Positions 13,327 to 27,179 of a stretch of DNA of 64,000 bases are shown in pieces (the first letter of the stretch is position 1; every line of letters starts with the position of its first letter). The notes beneath the pieces are model-generated. The model worked only from the letters and a program-made list of their open reading frames with translations. It had not been told where the DNA came from and made no database searches. The position numbers and the translations under genes were made by a program. This stretch comes from Octopus vulgaris (taxonomy: Eukaryota), in contig OX597822.1 in the NCBI GenBank assembly GCA_951406725.2, positions 36,766,001 to 36,830,000 of the forward strand. The letters are read 5' to 3'.

Positions 13327-13666
13327 TGAAAGTTTTATATTTAAAACCATACAAAAAAAATCTTAAAAAAACATGACACAAATTTTGGGAAAAAAGTGTT
13401 CGTACAATGTGGGCGCTTTCGCTGTTTACAACTTTTCTAATACACGTGTTATAGAGTAAACTGTATTGAGGAATGGTGTGTAACAACACCCAATATTCTG
13501 GTGATGTGTGTGTTCGTGTGTGTGTGTATGTGTGTGTGTAAGTATATACACACAGACAGACAGACATACTTACACATGCACACACATACATACATAAAAT
13601 ATGTGCGTGTGTGCATGTGCGTGTATGTATGTATGTATGTATGTATACAAAGAGAGATGGGCGGGA

Positions 13667-13710
<44 letters not shown>

Positions 13711-14116
13711 AGGAAGGAGATTTATACACACAAACATGATAAAAGATAATCCAACAGAAAAAAAAACTAATAGTACACCATAATTCATACTCTCTCTTTA
13801 AAACACATCACGCTGTGTGCTGTGATATTTTGATTATACATTGTAACATTTTATTATTATTATTATTATTATTTTTAATGTAGACTGGTAAAATATTACT
13901 GGGTACATGAACCCAAGTATAATCTGGTGAAATTTTGGCACACCTCTCCTTGTGATAAAGTGTCATATGGTTTTAGTGAACGAAATTATTACAAACGCTT
14001 TTAGTTGCATTAAATGTGTCTACATAAGTGAATGAATGATGCCCATATGTGTCAGTCTTAAAGGTTTGTTTCATTGTGCGTGCGCGCGTGCGTGCGTGCG
14101 TGTGTGTGTTGTGTGC

Positions 14117-14170
<54 letters not shown>

Positions 14171-14549
14171 GTGTGCGTGCGTGTGTGTGTGTGCGTGTGT
14201 GTGTGTGTGTGTGTCTTCTTACATTTCTCTATTCAGAAATAATCATATTTTATGATATTATGTCTTATCAACAGTGTTCCATGGAAATGTCAGCAACTTA
14301 TAAGATTTTTTGAAAAGTTATATATTTCTGCTCAGTAGCATTTAATTTTGACATTTTAAAGAATAACAGTTGAGTCATTGGATCTTAGTTTAAAACAGGA
14401 AATTCTATGCCAAAATATCGGCCATGTTAGAGGTGTGGAGTAAACAATCTGGGTAAAAAATCAAGATGTTCTAAATGTTCACAAACGCCTACTTTCTTTA
14501 AGAAAAACAAAAAAACGTGTGAGATCCACATATCTCCGCTAATTCTGTA

Positions 14550-15195
14550 TTATTATTATAATTTATTATTATTATTATTACTTTTTTTTTTCTTCTTTCA
14601 AATTTGCTTCCATTTCTTGCCGAGTGTCTTCCCGACTCCTAGGGCAAAGAAACTCATAGTATACATTGGTAGGCCATTAAACCAAACTCAGTAGTTCGTT
14701 CATTTTTTTTTTTTTTTTTTTAAGTTAAATTAAAATACATGAGCAGCAACAGTTCTCACATCGACAATGCTCTTCTCAATATGTGTGATGTACCAGTTAA
14801 GACAATCTTTTGCACTTCTTGCAGGGATGGTAAGCCAGGGATCATTCTCATATAATTTTCGGTTCCCTTCTTGATCATTCCTAGTGCTCCTACGATCACT
14901 GGTATTGTAACCGCCTTGAGATGCCACATTTTCTCAATTTCAATGAGTAGGTCTTTATATTTTCTGAGCTTGTCAAACTCTTTCGCTGAGATATTATGAT
15001 CACAGGGGATGCTCATGTCGATCAATAAGCAAACTTTATTGTTTTGGTCTTTCACAACAATATCTGGTTTATTGGCCTTGATGGTTCGGTTTGTATGTAC
15101 TGGAAAGTCCCACAGAATGGTTACATTTTCTCCTTCAGTTACAGCCTCAGGGTGGTGATTATACCACTTGTCGGCAGTTTTGATATTGTAATGCC

Positions 15196-15197
<2 letters not shown>
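14550..15197 (-). mobile_element. 5'-truncated R4/Dong-clade LINE in (TAA)n tract
   Basis: Open REL domain (WYNHHPEAV..ILWDF..KPDIVV..IDMSIP..KLRKYKDL..IPVIVGALG) running to a stop at 14756; (TAA)n on both sides. Confidence 0.9.
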
Positions 15198-15269
<72 letters not shown>

Positions 15270-15290
15270 GTTATTATTATTATCATTATT
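15196..15290. repeat. (TAT)n microsatellite
   Basis: Direct observation. Confidence 0.98.
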
Positions 15291-15830
15291 GAGTGAGAGA
15301 GCAGTGCATGCCGTCAAAGTGACACTGGGGTAAAATATACGAAGCCCAGTATACCCATCATGACTACCCGTCTGATAAGGGTACACCAGGCACATGCATC
15401 ATAGCCATATGTACGCGACATGGTGATCTCATATCAAGATAAACAGCGCATGACCTTGCATGCGGGGCCCAGTTAGAATTTTCTTCTGGTCGAGTAGCCT
15501 ATCCCGCTCAAAAGGTCCCTGAAAAAGGGTTGTTTAAGGATGTTGAACGAAACACCCATGTTTCCAGAGGTGAATTATTCAAACCCCAAAGAATCCCTGT
15601 CGACACATGGCTATAATGCTCCACCACTACTTCTTCTCATGATCAGAGATGCACATATCGTCAGCCACTAAGGGACATGCTCAACTGGTTAAGGTCAAAC
15701 AACTGACAAGCAAATCTGTGGTATTGGGCAGAATATTTGCTGTAGCCCATCTTTCATACCAAGACAAAACAATCTACGTGATAACACTTCCAATCAGTTA
15801 AGAACAGAATCCACGAGAGCCACTACTACT
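15290..15830 (-). mobile_element. Non-coding interspersed repeat, likely the 3' UTR of a LINE ending in (TAA)n
   Basis: Complex GC-richer block ending on the minus strand in the TAA tract; no ORF. Confidence 0.45.
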
Positions 15831-16611
15831 ATTGTTGCTGTTGTTGTTTGAGTAACCGAACCGTCAATAATGACGGTGGCGTTACTGAAATATGTACACG
15901 AAGAAAGTTGCAAATGAGAGTGTGAGAATTTAAATTTTAAAAAATGCCGAAATAGCAGGGAAATAAGTAAATCATATTCATCACTCCCCAAATATTATAC
16001 AAGTTTGATTGTTTTCAGTATGTACAATATGTTGTAGGTAATGATTCACCAGTTATTCTAAATTATATTATTTTTTGCAATAAATGCTCGGTCTAATTTT
16101 ATAAATGCTGTATATGTATCTGTATTCAAAACTACCGAAATATGTACATCTTTACTTATGGAAACATGATCTTACAAACAGGTTACGTATATTTCCAAAA
16201 AATTTTCAAGTAACAGCGAGTTTAATTTATGCTAAAGCTGCGCATTTACAACATATTTGACACATTCTGTGCAATAGCTCTAAATGCACATTATTTGAGG
16301 GCGGAGAGCTAGCAGAACACTTATTATTCACATTCATTGCAAAAATTCCTGAAGAACAATATTTCATATATGGACATGAGGAGGCACCAACACACCTTGG
16401 AGTTCTTAAATTTTAATTTATTTCAAATTATTTCTGGGTTTTTTTCCTGCTTAATCACATATTGTGAGAAGTTATCTAGAGTTAATTGTTGAAGCCTGAG
16501 ATAGCAAATCACTACATTGGTCAGTTATTTGGAGGAGTTTATCACTTTCATGTATATTCCTATCACTGTATTAAAAAAAAATAGTCCGTCAAGACTGGTC
16601 TATAATAATTG

Positions 16612-18260
16612 TTTTTTTTTTTTTTATTTACCATAAAAGTAGAGACAAAGAGAGAATAGACAAAGGGGTTAGGGGTATCGAATGAGATGACAAGATTAAA
16701 ATTTATGATGATATGTAAAATCGGGTGATGATGATGGAGTGAGGGACGGGTGCGGCCCCACAAACTACGTTCCTGCACTGACTACTTTAAAAGACCTTTA
16801 AGAGGCACATTTACTCTCAACATGCTTGCCACTTTCTTCCATTTTTCTCATATGTACTGAGTGGCAAGCGTCTCCTCTCCAGCCTTATTTTCATTTTAAG
16901 ATGGAAAATAAAAAAGTTTACTAAACCGAAGCTGGAGATGAAAACGCCTGTCACTAAACCTTTCATGCGTGTCCTCCACACTACCTCCCCGGCCACAGCC
17001 ACTACAGAGAGAAAACAAACCCTCCCCTTCCCTGTTCAGAGAGGACGGTGGAACAACCTTCATTATAGGCTCGGAAGACAGTTGCACTCTTCCCAAACGT
17101 GACAGCAGTTGTTCTACATAAACCCACAATTCCGAAGGTTTCGAAGATTGCACAATTGCATGCAGAACAGTTTCACAGCTCTACACGCATCTTGGGCAAG
17201 TAGGCGAGCGTCAAGAGCCGTGCCTGGCGAGTCCATCTCGAACTATTAAGGCTCCTCGGCAACACAGCCAAGTCAGGGACTTTTGGAAGTTACCCATAGG
17301 CCTTGGTCCAAATGTTCTTCGGAACAGGCCGGCAAGTTAACCATAATCGAAGCCCAGGGTTACCCCTAGAGCGTCGTCACACATGGCCTCTACCAACCCT
17401 CTATAGAACGACGAGGTGGAACCCTCACCGCCGGCATTACCCGACCGGGAGAGAAACGCGAGTGCCTTACGACACTCGGCTTGCCACGCTCCCAACTGTA
17501 GTCTACGCTTAATCCAAGGTTCCAGTTCACCGAAGGTAGTGAACCGAAGAAGTACCAGTTTGATTAACGGCGACCACACCCGCTTACCATCAAGGTAGAA
17601 CCAAAGAAGCCTTAGCCTCAGCGCATGTCTGCACATCATTAGCCACGGCATATCTAGCGTTTGTTGGCAGCAGATAGAACGCCTTTCAAGAGGTCCTTTG
17701 CCCTTCCACAAATAGTGGAAGAGCAATCTTTCCAACTTGCTTAGCCACGAATTAGAGCAAGGCACGACGGTTAGGCAGTAGGTGATTACAGATGCGATAA
17801 ACACATTTGCAACCTCCGCCCTCCCTTTCAGGGATAGCTTCCACCCAGACAAGGTCTGGCTTAGGAGTTCCACCCTGCTCGTAACCTCGCTCCAATTCTT
17901 CTCTATCTGGAGGTCTGGACCGAACCAAACCTTTAGCATTTTAACCAGACCGTTCGTCCAATATCCGACGACGCTGTTGGGCAACATCGACTTGCCTCTC
18001 TGGGTGCCGAGCTGCAAGCCGACCGACTTCTTCCGGTTAGTTTTTGCTCCTGCCACCGCCTCGTAATCCTTAATGTCCTCACCTACCCACTGTAGGTCCT
18101 GGACCTCGGATACGATGATGGTGATGTCATCCGCATACGCCGTAACTGATCTTCCGCATCCCAGAACTCGTGGGTCGCTTCTCATACCGTCCAATTTCCA
18201 CAGTAAAGGCTCGAGAGCCAATACATACAGCAAGTGGGAGAGGGGACCGAGCGCTCGATG
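16612..18260 (-). mobile_element. Tx1/L1-clade LINE 3' portion (RT, C-terminal Cys region, A-rich tail)
   Basis: LLYVLALEPLL, AYADD, YEAVAGAKTNRKKS, LSLKGRAEVAN, CPRC..ETVLHA; A-rich tail at 16612-16626. Confidence 0.9.
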
Positions 18261-18388
18261 CAGAACGGGCTACAATTATGTAACGGTGCATGGCGAATCA
18301 TCAGAATTTATGAATATCAAAACATTATGAGACAGAGAAGATAGCAGAATGAAGTTTCAAATACAGAAAATAAACAGAGCGACCCCAG

Positions 18389-18448
<60 letters not shown>

Positions 18449-19254
18449 CAAAGACATGTAGCATATTGTTTATATTGATTATTTGAGAGGTGAGAGCTGG
18501 CAGAATCGTTATCGCGTCTATAAAAATAGTAACGTGATCCTATTCTTAATAATATATTGACAATAGAATACATGCAGCGGCAATACACATAAGTTTGGAA
18601 TGACAACAAGATTTCTTTTTAAGATATATACATTATTTATTTTACATATTTTACAATCATGTTTGATGTTGGAAGTTTGTAAGTGTTCGCATGTTTTTGT
18701 GTCTGTGTGTTCGTTAGGCGTAAAAAGGTACTGACCAGTGAATTGACGATGGGATTTGATTCACAGTTAATGTTGTTGGTATCGGCTTGGCAACAGGTAA
18801 TAACAGATGGCTTAAGGTAGTTCTTAGAAGAAACTAGAACCCAAGAACAGATAATTGATTTACCGTTTCAAGAGGTACAGCGTCAGACTTCCATATCAAG
18901 ATATTGCGTGTCGCAGTTGAGATTAATTGAATCACTCGTGTTTATCTTTCTCTTGATATGAATATACTTCCAGACATGTTTCTGTAGCCGTTTTCTTCGT
19001 GGCGAGAATTTCACCTAACCGCTATAGTTGAATCTGTAGTTGTCTCGTGTACAATTTAAATCTTCGATGTTTGTCGATTGGTTCTTGCTGCTTCTTCATT
19101 ATTTTTCTGCTTGGTTATTTTTCTCTAGTTATAGATATCTTGTAACCGTTTTCTTCATGGTGATTTTTCACACTAACAGTATGAGAGGTATCTGTAACAT
19201 CTTGTATTAATGGTGGTCGCCTGCCTCGAAACTGGAACTTGGTCGAGTATTCTC

Positions 19255-19452
19255 TGTGTGGTCAGAGACTTAGCTCTTAAAAGAACTATAAGCCTAAGAC
19301 GAGCTGTGTGTGGTCAGAGGTTCGCCCTGAGAAGGACTGGAAACCTAAGACGAGCTGTGTGGTCAGAGGTTCGCCCTGAGAAGGACTGGAAACCTAAGAC
19401 GAACTGTGTGGTCAGAGGTTCGCCCTGAGAAGGACTGGAAACCTAAGACGAA
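19255..19452 (+). repeat. 49-bp tandem repeat, 3 near-identical + 1 diverged unit
   Basis: TGGTCAGAGG starts at 19311, 19360 and 19409. Confidence 0.95.
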
Positions 19453-20164
19453 TATTTTTCTGAGAAACCTTGTTTTATAAGCTTCACCCGGCTCCCAGTG
19501 AACTTCAGAAATGGAAAGCTGTGATTGGCTGCTTGGACTATGGCGCGAAAATAAGTCGAGACATTTTGCGCCAAGTTATAACCAGCGGTGCGAGCGTAGT
19601 AGAGACCAACGTGTCAGCCAATCGAATTAGTGTTTACATCAATGTTGAACTAGCCAAAGCTGTTTGTAATCTCGACCGAGGTCATTCTATATACTCTTCT
19701 CAAACAGTGAAGATAGCACTGAGAGACGATATTGCTACACGTCGAACAAAATGTTTAGCGGCATTTCATTCGCCTTTACTTTCTGAGTTCAAGTTCCACC
19801 GAGGTGGACTTTGCCTTTCATCTTTTCTACTATAGGTACAAGGGCTGAAGTTCTGGGGGTATATCGATCCCGAAAATTTCAGCCCTTGTACCTATAGTAG
19901 AAAGGGTTATTATATCTAGCATACCAGACAAAATGTTTAACATCGATTTCGTCCATATTTACGTTCTGATTTCAAATTCTGCCAAGGTCGACTTTACCTT
20001 TCACCCTTTCCAGATTGATAGAATAAATACCAGCAGAGCACTGGGGTCGATGAAATCGACTAATTGCTGGTCTTGTGCCTATAGTAGAAAGCATTATTAT
20101 TGTCGTTGTTGTTATAAGAATTGTTATCATCATTGATACAAAAGCCACAACATAGTAATTTAGT

Positions 20165-21700
20165 TAGCAGTTGTTTTATCTTGAGGTTTGATGGCAGTAC
20201 ATCCCTCAAATTTCAAGAATCTTTTTTTAAAATTTATTTTGTAGAATACAAATGGCACATTACTGGAGATCACTAATATGTGCCTTCGATATCCTTCAAA
20301 CTCTGAGGTAACTGTTTAGGTATTGTGCCCAATGCACCAATTACCACAGGGATAATTTTCATTTTTATATTCCACAATTTCTCGTCTTTCTGGCTACTTC
20401 TCAAGTTCTTTTTTTTTTCCAGTTCCTTTGATATCTAATCTACTGTCAATGTGGATTGTAAAGTTAATGATTTTACACTGTTCTTTCTATCTTCCATAAT
20501 CGTATCTGGTCTCCTTCCTTCAACAGTATGATGTATTGAGAAATCCCATAAAATCTTGTAATTATCATTTACTATGATAGCCTCTGGTTCATGTTCATAC
20601 ACTTTTCTGTCACTTCAAATTCTAGTCTAACATTTCAATGCATTCTTTTACCGATACAGTCAAGCCGACGCTTATATTCTTTTTGTGTTGGTTACTGCAC
20701 TCGCTTAGAAGAGGGCTAATGCTTTTATTCCACTTTTCCACACGTTCTGTATTTGTTTTCTGACTGAGCTGTATCAATTTTCGTTTTTATCAGATTCATT
20801 CCAATTGCTTGTTTCTGAGTGGCTACAATTAGTAATTCAGTTTCTCATTTCAGCTTTCACTCTCTTAGTAACAACCAGAGCTTTTCATTTCCAACTTCCT
20901 TGGTTTGTTGCATAAGTTAGCCATGTAGATCTTTCTCTTTCCGGTTATTCGTCCTGTTGTTCTTTCTATTATTGAACTTTTTTCACTCTTTCAGTAACTT
21001 CGATTTTTTCTAACTTCAAATGACAGTCTTTCCGCATTATGCATAAAATTGTTTTTCAAACTGGAAATTGCAGCATTTATGGTGTTTTCTACATTTAACA
21101 AATCTCTGTCCCCTTCCCGTCTTCATAAACAGAGCCAGTCACAATAATGGTGAAACTCCTTGTGCGTTGTAAAAAAAAGAAAAGAACTTCCTAGTATTTC
21201 TATGCAATGCATATAATTCTGTCTTTGTCCACTTAAAAAAAGGAGCACAGCCTCTCAACACTAGTACGATTCACGTAGTGGTTATCTTGGTGCAATTACC
21301 TCCAGTGAGTTTTCTTCAAGCACCTTCCTAATCCTTCTCTTTGGAGACTTTCTCTCTCATTTCTGTTTCCATTATCTTATCATCCTGCTGTACATCTAGG
21401 TATTTGTCTACTTAATTCTCTTTCAATGATCGAACAGTATTTTTCTTATGATATCTTTATTCCATCAGATTTGATCTTTCAAATTCTCTTCTTAATACTG
21501 TCCCCTTATTTATCCCAAACTGCATACCAATATCCTTGCTAAATATTCTTATTGTTTGAACGAGAGAATCAAAGTTTTTTTTCTTGCATTTTTAGTAACA
21601 GATTATTTATTTTCTCCTTGCTCTTAGCAAACTCATAAGCACGTCTAGATTTTCTTGGTATATTTGTCAAAGGAATGAACGCAATCGTGAAAAATAATGG
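20165..21700 (-). mobile_element. Decayed R4/Dong-clade LINE (RT + REL)
   Basis: FSKDIGMQFGINK and WNIKMKIIPVVIGALGTIPK on the minus strand. Confidence 0.8.
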
Positions 21701-23064
21701 AATATTACTCTGAAATATACCCCTCAAGATGTTCACAGTTCCTAATGATTCGCTTCTTCATTTCAGTCCTACTACCTACAATCTCACTGAGTTTTATCAA
21801 AGAAAATGTTAATCTTCTCATGGACCAGATGTGTGGTGTTACCGCATGCATAGCATCTTGGTTTCGATGTTTTTCAGTTTTGCTTGACGGTCATCTCTAT
21901 ACTAAAGCCCGACCAGTTATAATGGTAGCCATCAACCACCGTGTCCTTATTTTTGGTCGAACGTCTTTCACCCTCGCCTTCACAAATCTTTGACCCTTGA
22001 AGGAAGGAACTTGCAAAATTTGGCGGGGTGATGGAGGGTGTTCGTGTCTCTTTCTTAAAGGCATTCCTCACATCTATTGTTCAATAGACTAAAACAAACA
22101 ATAATCAACAACTCATATAAAAATTGTTAGACCAAACTCAGAACAATGTATTCATAAAAATAACAATGAATATAGTAGACATTACACCTATTTAAAATAA
22201 ACAAACCACGCACAGTATTACATGTACTGAATGCATACAAACTATAGGGTAAGCTAAATGACTACTAACACATTTAACGTAAGAAGCAAGACTGGGTGAA
22301 CATTAAAGCAATATTTAAATTTGATCAAGGCAGATATACATTACATCATAAAATTGTACTCTACCAAAAACTAGTCCCGAGTTATATATAATTCATACCA
22401 TCCAAAAACAGTTTCTCAGTTTCTCTGCTTGGTTGCACCTGTGGAAATTTTAAAGTTAATTGAGAAATTTAAAATTTTGTGCATTGATATAATTTTCGAC
22501 ACTGAATCTCAGGAGATAATTCATTTTTTCTAGAATTAAAAAAAAAAATTTTTAATTACAGAGATTTAAAGTTCGATCATTTTTATCCAGTCAGAAAACA
22601 GGATTTGAAAGCTGTCATTCTGTGCGAGACAGCACGTGTTGTCAACTGTAGACAAATGAAATATTGACGATATTCTGCTTTACGCACGCCATATAAGCCC
22701 TCATAACTTTTTTTTATTTTGGGGAATTTTCAGAAAAGTTTTGCGAATTTGTATTCTAGACGTGAGAATCCATACGATCGAGCAAAAATCAAAGCAAAAA
22801 CTATTTTTTGTGCATGATTTAATGCCTATTTAGCTGTTATTTTTAGCTCATCTCATGATCACCTCACACCGCATGTTTTAAGCATTAAATAAGTGACAAA
22901 AGGAACACGTGAGTTAGCAGCTTGGGACTTTCGATTGACTAAAATTACCCAAAATTTGCAAACTTTAAAAGCTTCATTTATTGATTGATGGCAAAAATGA
23001 ATTTCATGACAATGATTACTTTATAAAACTACACAAATACGCCAAATAGGAAATCATTTTTCTT

Positions 23065-23357
23065 GAACTCTTTGGAGACTTTCTCTCTCAGTTTTGTTTC
23101 CATTATCTTATCATCCTGCTATACCTCTAGGCATTTGTCTACTTCATTCTCTCTCAATGATCTAACAGTATCGTCTTATATCTTTATTCCATCAGATTTG
23201 ATCTTTCAAATTTTTTTCTTAATACTAGTCCTTTATTTATCCCCAGCTGCATACCAGTATCCTTGCTAAATATTCTTATTGTTTGAACGAGAGAATCAAA
23301 GTTTTCTCTTACATTTTTGGTAACAGATTATTTACTTTCTCCTTGCTCATAAGCAAA
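23065..23357 (-). mobile_element. Second R4/Dong RT fragment, near-duplicate of 21335-21640
   Basis: High nucleotide similarity to 21335-21640. Confidence 0.8.
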
Positions 23358-23550
23358 AATTGAGGAAATTGAAAAGTGGCAACCAAACAGAAAAGATCCT
23401 AGGACAGAATTCGGAGCAGAATTTAACGAATAGATCTTAGGCACCTAGGGCAAGTGTCATACACCCCAGCCCCAAGCCCGACATTGGTTTGTTTAGTCTC
23501 CATAACTTAGCGGTTCGGATAGAATAAGTACCAGGCTTATAAGTAAGTTT

Positions 23551-23841
23551 GGAGGCGCAATGGCCCAGTGGTTAGAGCAGCGGACTCGCGGTCGGTGGAT
23601 CGCAGTTTCGATTCCCAGACCGGGCGCTGTGTGTGTTTATTGAGCGAAAACACCTAAAGCTCCACGAGGCTCTGACAGGGGTTGGTGGCGACCCCTATTG
23701 TACTCTTTCGCCACAACTTTCTCTCACTTTCTCTTCCTGTTTCTTGAGTAATGCTGGCATCCCATCCAGCTGGGGGGAATACATACGCCACAGAAACCGG
23801 GAAACCAGGCCCATGAGCCTGGCTAGGCTTGAATAGGGCGA
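23551..23841 (+). mobile_element. SINE family A nested in a family B SINE tail
   Basis: Full head and body; family B sequence resumes at 23845-23940; TTATAA(A)TAAGT-like flanks. Confidence 0.88.
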
Positions 23842-23963
23842 CGTTATAAATAAGTATTGGGGTCGATTTCTTCTTCGAAACCCTTCAAGGCAGTGCCCCA
23901 GCATGGCTACAGCACAAAGACTGAAGCAAATAAAAAGACAAAAAAAGTAACAATAATAATAAC

Positions 23964-23995
<32 letters not shown>

Positions 23996-24809
23996 GCGTT
24001 TGTTAGATTGTAAATATGATTCCTTTTATGTTTTTTGTTTTTGTTTTTTTACAAAATCAACGTTGTAGAATCAAATGTGTGCAAGCAGATAAAAGGTCAT
24101 CAAATAAAGAGGAAATTAAATAAACGTACGTGTATCTAAATTGCTACAAATTATTCTACTGAGGCTCGACCAAAGTTAACGTCTAACTAGGAGAGCGTGC
24201 CAAATAAAAGAGCCAACTACGGCTGCTGATGTCTACTCGTGACTGTTCAGAGAGCCCCGGCATAGATGAAAGTTTTAAACATCCGTTTAAATGTAGTTCA
24301 ACAGAATACCGGTTTTTGATTGGTCATGTAAGTGGCTTTGCATAAAGTTGAAACGAACGAGGATATTAGTAGTTTGTAAAAAATGCATGTATGGTTAACT
24401 TTCGTGCTACCATATATATTCTAAATGAATGAATGAATACGTTAATGATGTGGAGGAGGATAAATGTGAAAACTGCAAACTGCAGAAGTTCCGCTGTTTA
24501 GCTGCATAAGTTGTCACGTGCAATGTGCCTGAATTTATATCAATTTGTGTGTGTGTGTGTGTGTAAAATAAATCAAAACTAAATCCATATAAAAACTGTA
24601 AAGGAAATACAAAAAAAAAATACATGTGTGAAACGTTTAAAATGTTGTAATGATTGATTTAACAGGAAGAAAAAAGAAAGAAACAAACAATTCCCTTGCT
24701 AGAAAGAATTAATGGTATATTTTTTAAAATGTTCAAAACACAGTCTGTTTACATTAATCAAGAAGTACCGTCGTATTTCTACTAGTTTTGGTGGAATGGT
24801 TTCGAAATA

Positions 24810-24858
24810 TGAAGACAGATGGCGGTTTCACATGTGTCGTTTTCTGTTCTTCAGACGT
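24810..24858 (-). ncRNA. Degenerate hammerhead-like motif downstream of a PLE endonuclease remnant
   Basis: Minus strand GACGT-CTGAAGA-ACA...TGT-GAAA-CCGCCA-TC-TGTC. Stem III imperfect. Confidence 0.45.
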
Positions 24859-24859
24859 C

Positions 24860-25230
24860 ATTTGAAGAAATGATGGCAACAATATGTTAAAGATGAGTCG
24901 GTTAATGTTCCTCATGACTAGTAATTGCTGCCTCGTAGTTGATAACTCTTATTTCTGAACAGAAGTGATAAATGAAGCAATAGCAGAAGCGAAAGAGTAA
25001 CTTTGGGTGTTATATCGTGACAGAAAACTGGCTTCAAATAGTGGCAAGTGAAAGTTGAACTGATAGATCCGAAAGAAGATAACCCAAAGACCACAGACGA
25101 ATGAACAAGAGGTGAAGTCAATATCACTGCAACATCAGTTCTGAACACAATCGTGAAAAATTTCGTACTAAACCGTAATGAGTTTGTAAACAAGTGCAGC
25201 CCGATCATGACAAAAATATAAACACATATT
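24860..25230 (-). mobile_element. Decayed Neptune-type PLE GIY-YIG remnant
   Basis: LTSPLVHSS and ISSTFTC patches, followed by a hammerhead-like motif. Confidence 0.45.
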
Positions 25231-26199
25231 GTACAATTCTTTCAAGAGAATATCTAATAAATCATAGAAAAAAAAAAAAAGAAACGTTTCTATTTATTCA
25301 AGAAAAGGCTGTAATCAGAAACAAGGTTATTTGTTGGAAAGTCGCCTATTGTAAACTGATTCGTAGCTGTCCAATTAGAAATCATGGCCACTCGTTCGAA
25401 AACTCGAGGTCACCAATTTGTAGGAAACATAAACCCTAGTTTATTAAACTGATTTATTTACCGTTTTCTCGTATATTTTACATAATTAAAGTTTTATCGC
25501 AAATAAATGTGTTCGGGGAAAATGTACGAACATATTTTCTTCCAGAGTCAAATAAGAGTAAGCAGTCATCAGCAAATAGAAAAATCAGATAAACGCGCAT
25601 GTCTTTAAACTGGTTGAAGTTTTCTATTGAGGCTTGACCAAAGCTAATATCTAACTAGGATCTAGTTTCAAATAAGAGAGTTTACTGTAGATGCTGATAA
25701 CAGTTCAAAAGGCTAGCTTAGCAGTTTGACTTCTGTTTAGATAACGAAAAAGTATTTCAAAGGACTACTAGTTTTTGATTGGTTACAATTTCTCATCAGC
25801 TAAAATAACATTTGTAAAGCAATGAAATTAGAATTGTCGTTTTCAAAAATTTCAACCTCCTTAAAAATAGGGAACCACGAGCTTGTAAGCTTGCTAAGAA
25901 AATACAAATAACCAATGATAAACTGTTATTGCATATGCAAGACAAACAACCAACGTGCTATACTGTGCATGGCGGTGGGGTTATTTGATAGAAACATCTG
26001 ACAGAGTACAAGAACACTTTGACCATTATCAAACGATGGCAAATTTCCTTTCAGGTGCAGGAAAAAGGGTACTGAGTGGATATCCACCCATGTCAGTGTC
26101 TGTGAATTCGTTTGTGTATATTTTGCTCAAACTCTTTGCCAAGCTCTCAGGTATTAGTGGTGGAAGAGCCGAAGTTGGGGAACTGGCGATTATAGTCAC

Positions 26200-26700
26200 A
26201 ATGGGGTTTATAGATATGATAAAATATGTTTCCTTACATGTGGGCAAGAACTAAACATCTCACTTATGCAATTTAGATAGACGTCTGGGTGCTGAGAGAT
26301 TTTTGATATGGCTGTTTTTTCGCCTATGCATAATTTGCATTTCCTTCTGCTTTTGAAGTAAGCCTTCCACTCTGTTATATTCAGTGCGCTTTCTTTCAAC
26401 GACCGTACGTGCTTAGCCCGGGTTGTGGCATACCATCTGTTCGGGACACTGAAGGAGGACTTGTGGTCGTTGTATCCAGTATTGAAAGGACTTTCTGTTG
26501 CCCCCACATACTTTCACCCATTTGGTCCATTTGATGTTTCCTCTACCTCATACACGACAGTTTCCGTATTACAATAACCGTTAAGGAGACATGTTATGTT
26601 GCCTTTATGTGAGCATCCTAACACTATCTCTAATATTTTTTACACTTGGTGTACAGCTAAAGGAAAACCTCAGGATGTGCCTATTAAATATTTCACAGAA
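26200..26700 (-). mobile_element. Penelope-like GIY-YIG endonuclease remnant
   Basis: C..LNGYC..VVY...KYVGATESPF..YNDHKSSF...CKLCIGEK...LN..SEMFSSCPH. Confidence 0.85.
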
Positions 26701-26907
26701 ATATTACCCACGCGAGTTTTGATGCATAAAGAGAAGGGTAGTGTTAATGAACTGCTATGAACTGGCATTCCATTCAAGAGGAGTGTTGGTCTGCCCACGT
26801 TCCCAGCAGGGTGACATCATTCAAAAGCTCCAACAATGACAGAAAGAATATGGTGATCAGTGATGTACATTAAAACCTGACAGTCTGGTCAAAACAGTGA
26901 TATAGTG

Positions 26908-26953
<46 letters not shown>

Positions 26954-27094
26954 GTATATTTATATGTGTGTGTATACCTATACCTTTCTATCTCCCTCTC
27001 TCTCCTCTCTCTCTTTTCTTTCTATTTTCTCTTTCCTCTCCCTTTCTCTCCTTTATCTGTCTGTGTCTATTTGTCTCTCTCTATCCCTTCTCTC

Positions 27095-27159
<65 letters not shown>

Positions 27160-27179
27160 GCAAAGAAAACACTCATTGC

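Noticed and set aside
19255-19452. CRISPR-like array or tandem hammerheads
   Set aside because: No unique spacers, no cas genes and a eukaryotic context. CTGAGAA lacks G8 and hammerhead stems do not form.
23551-23625. tRNA-Arg gene
   Set aside because: It is the tRNA-like head of a multi-copy SINE, continuing into the SINE body without a Pol III terminator.
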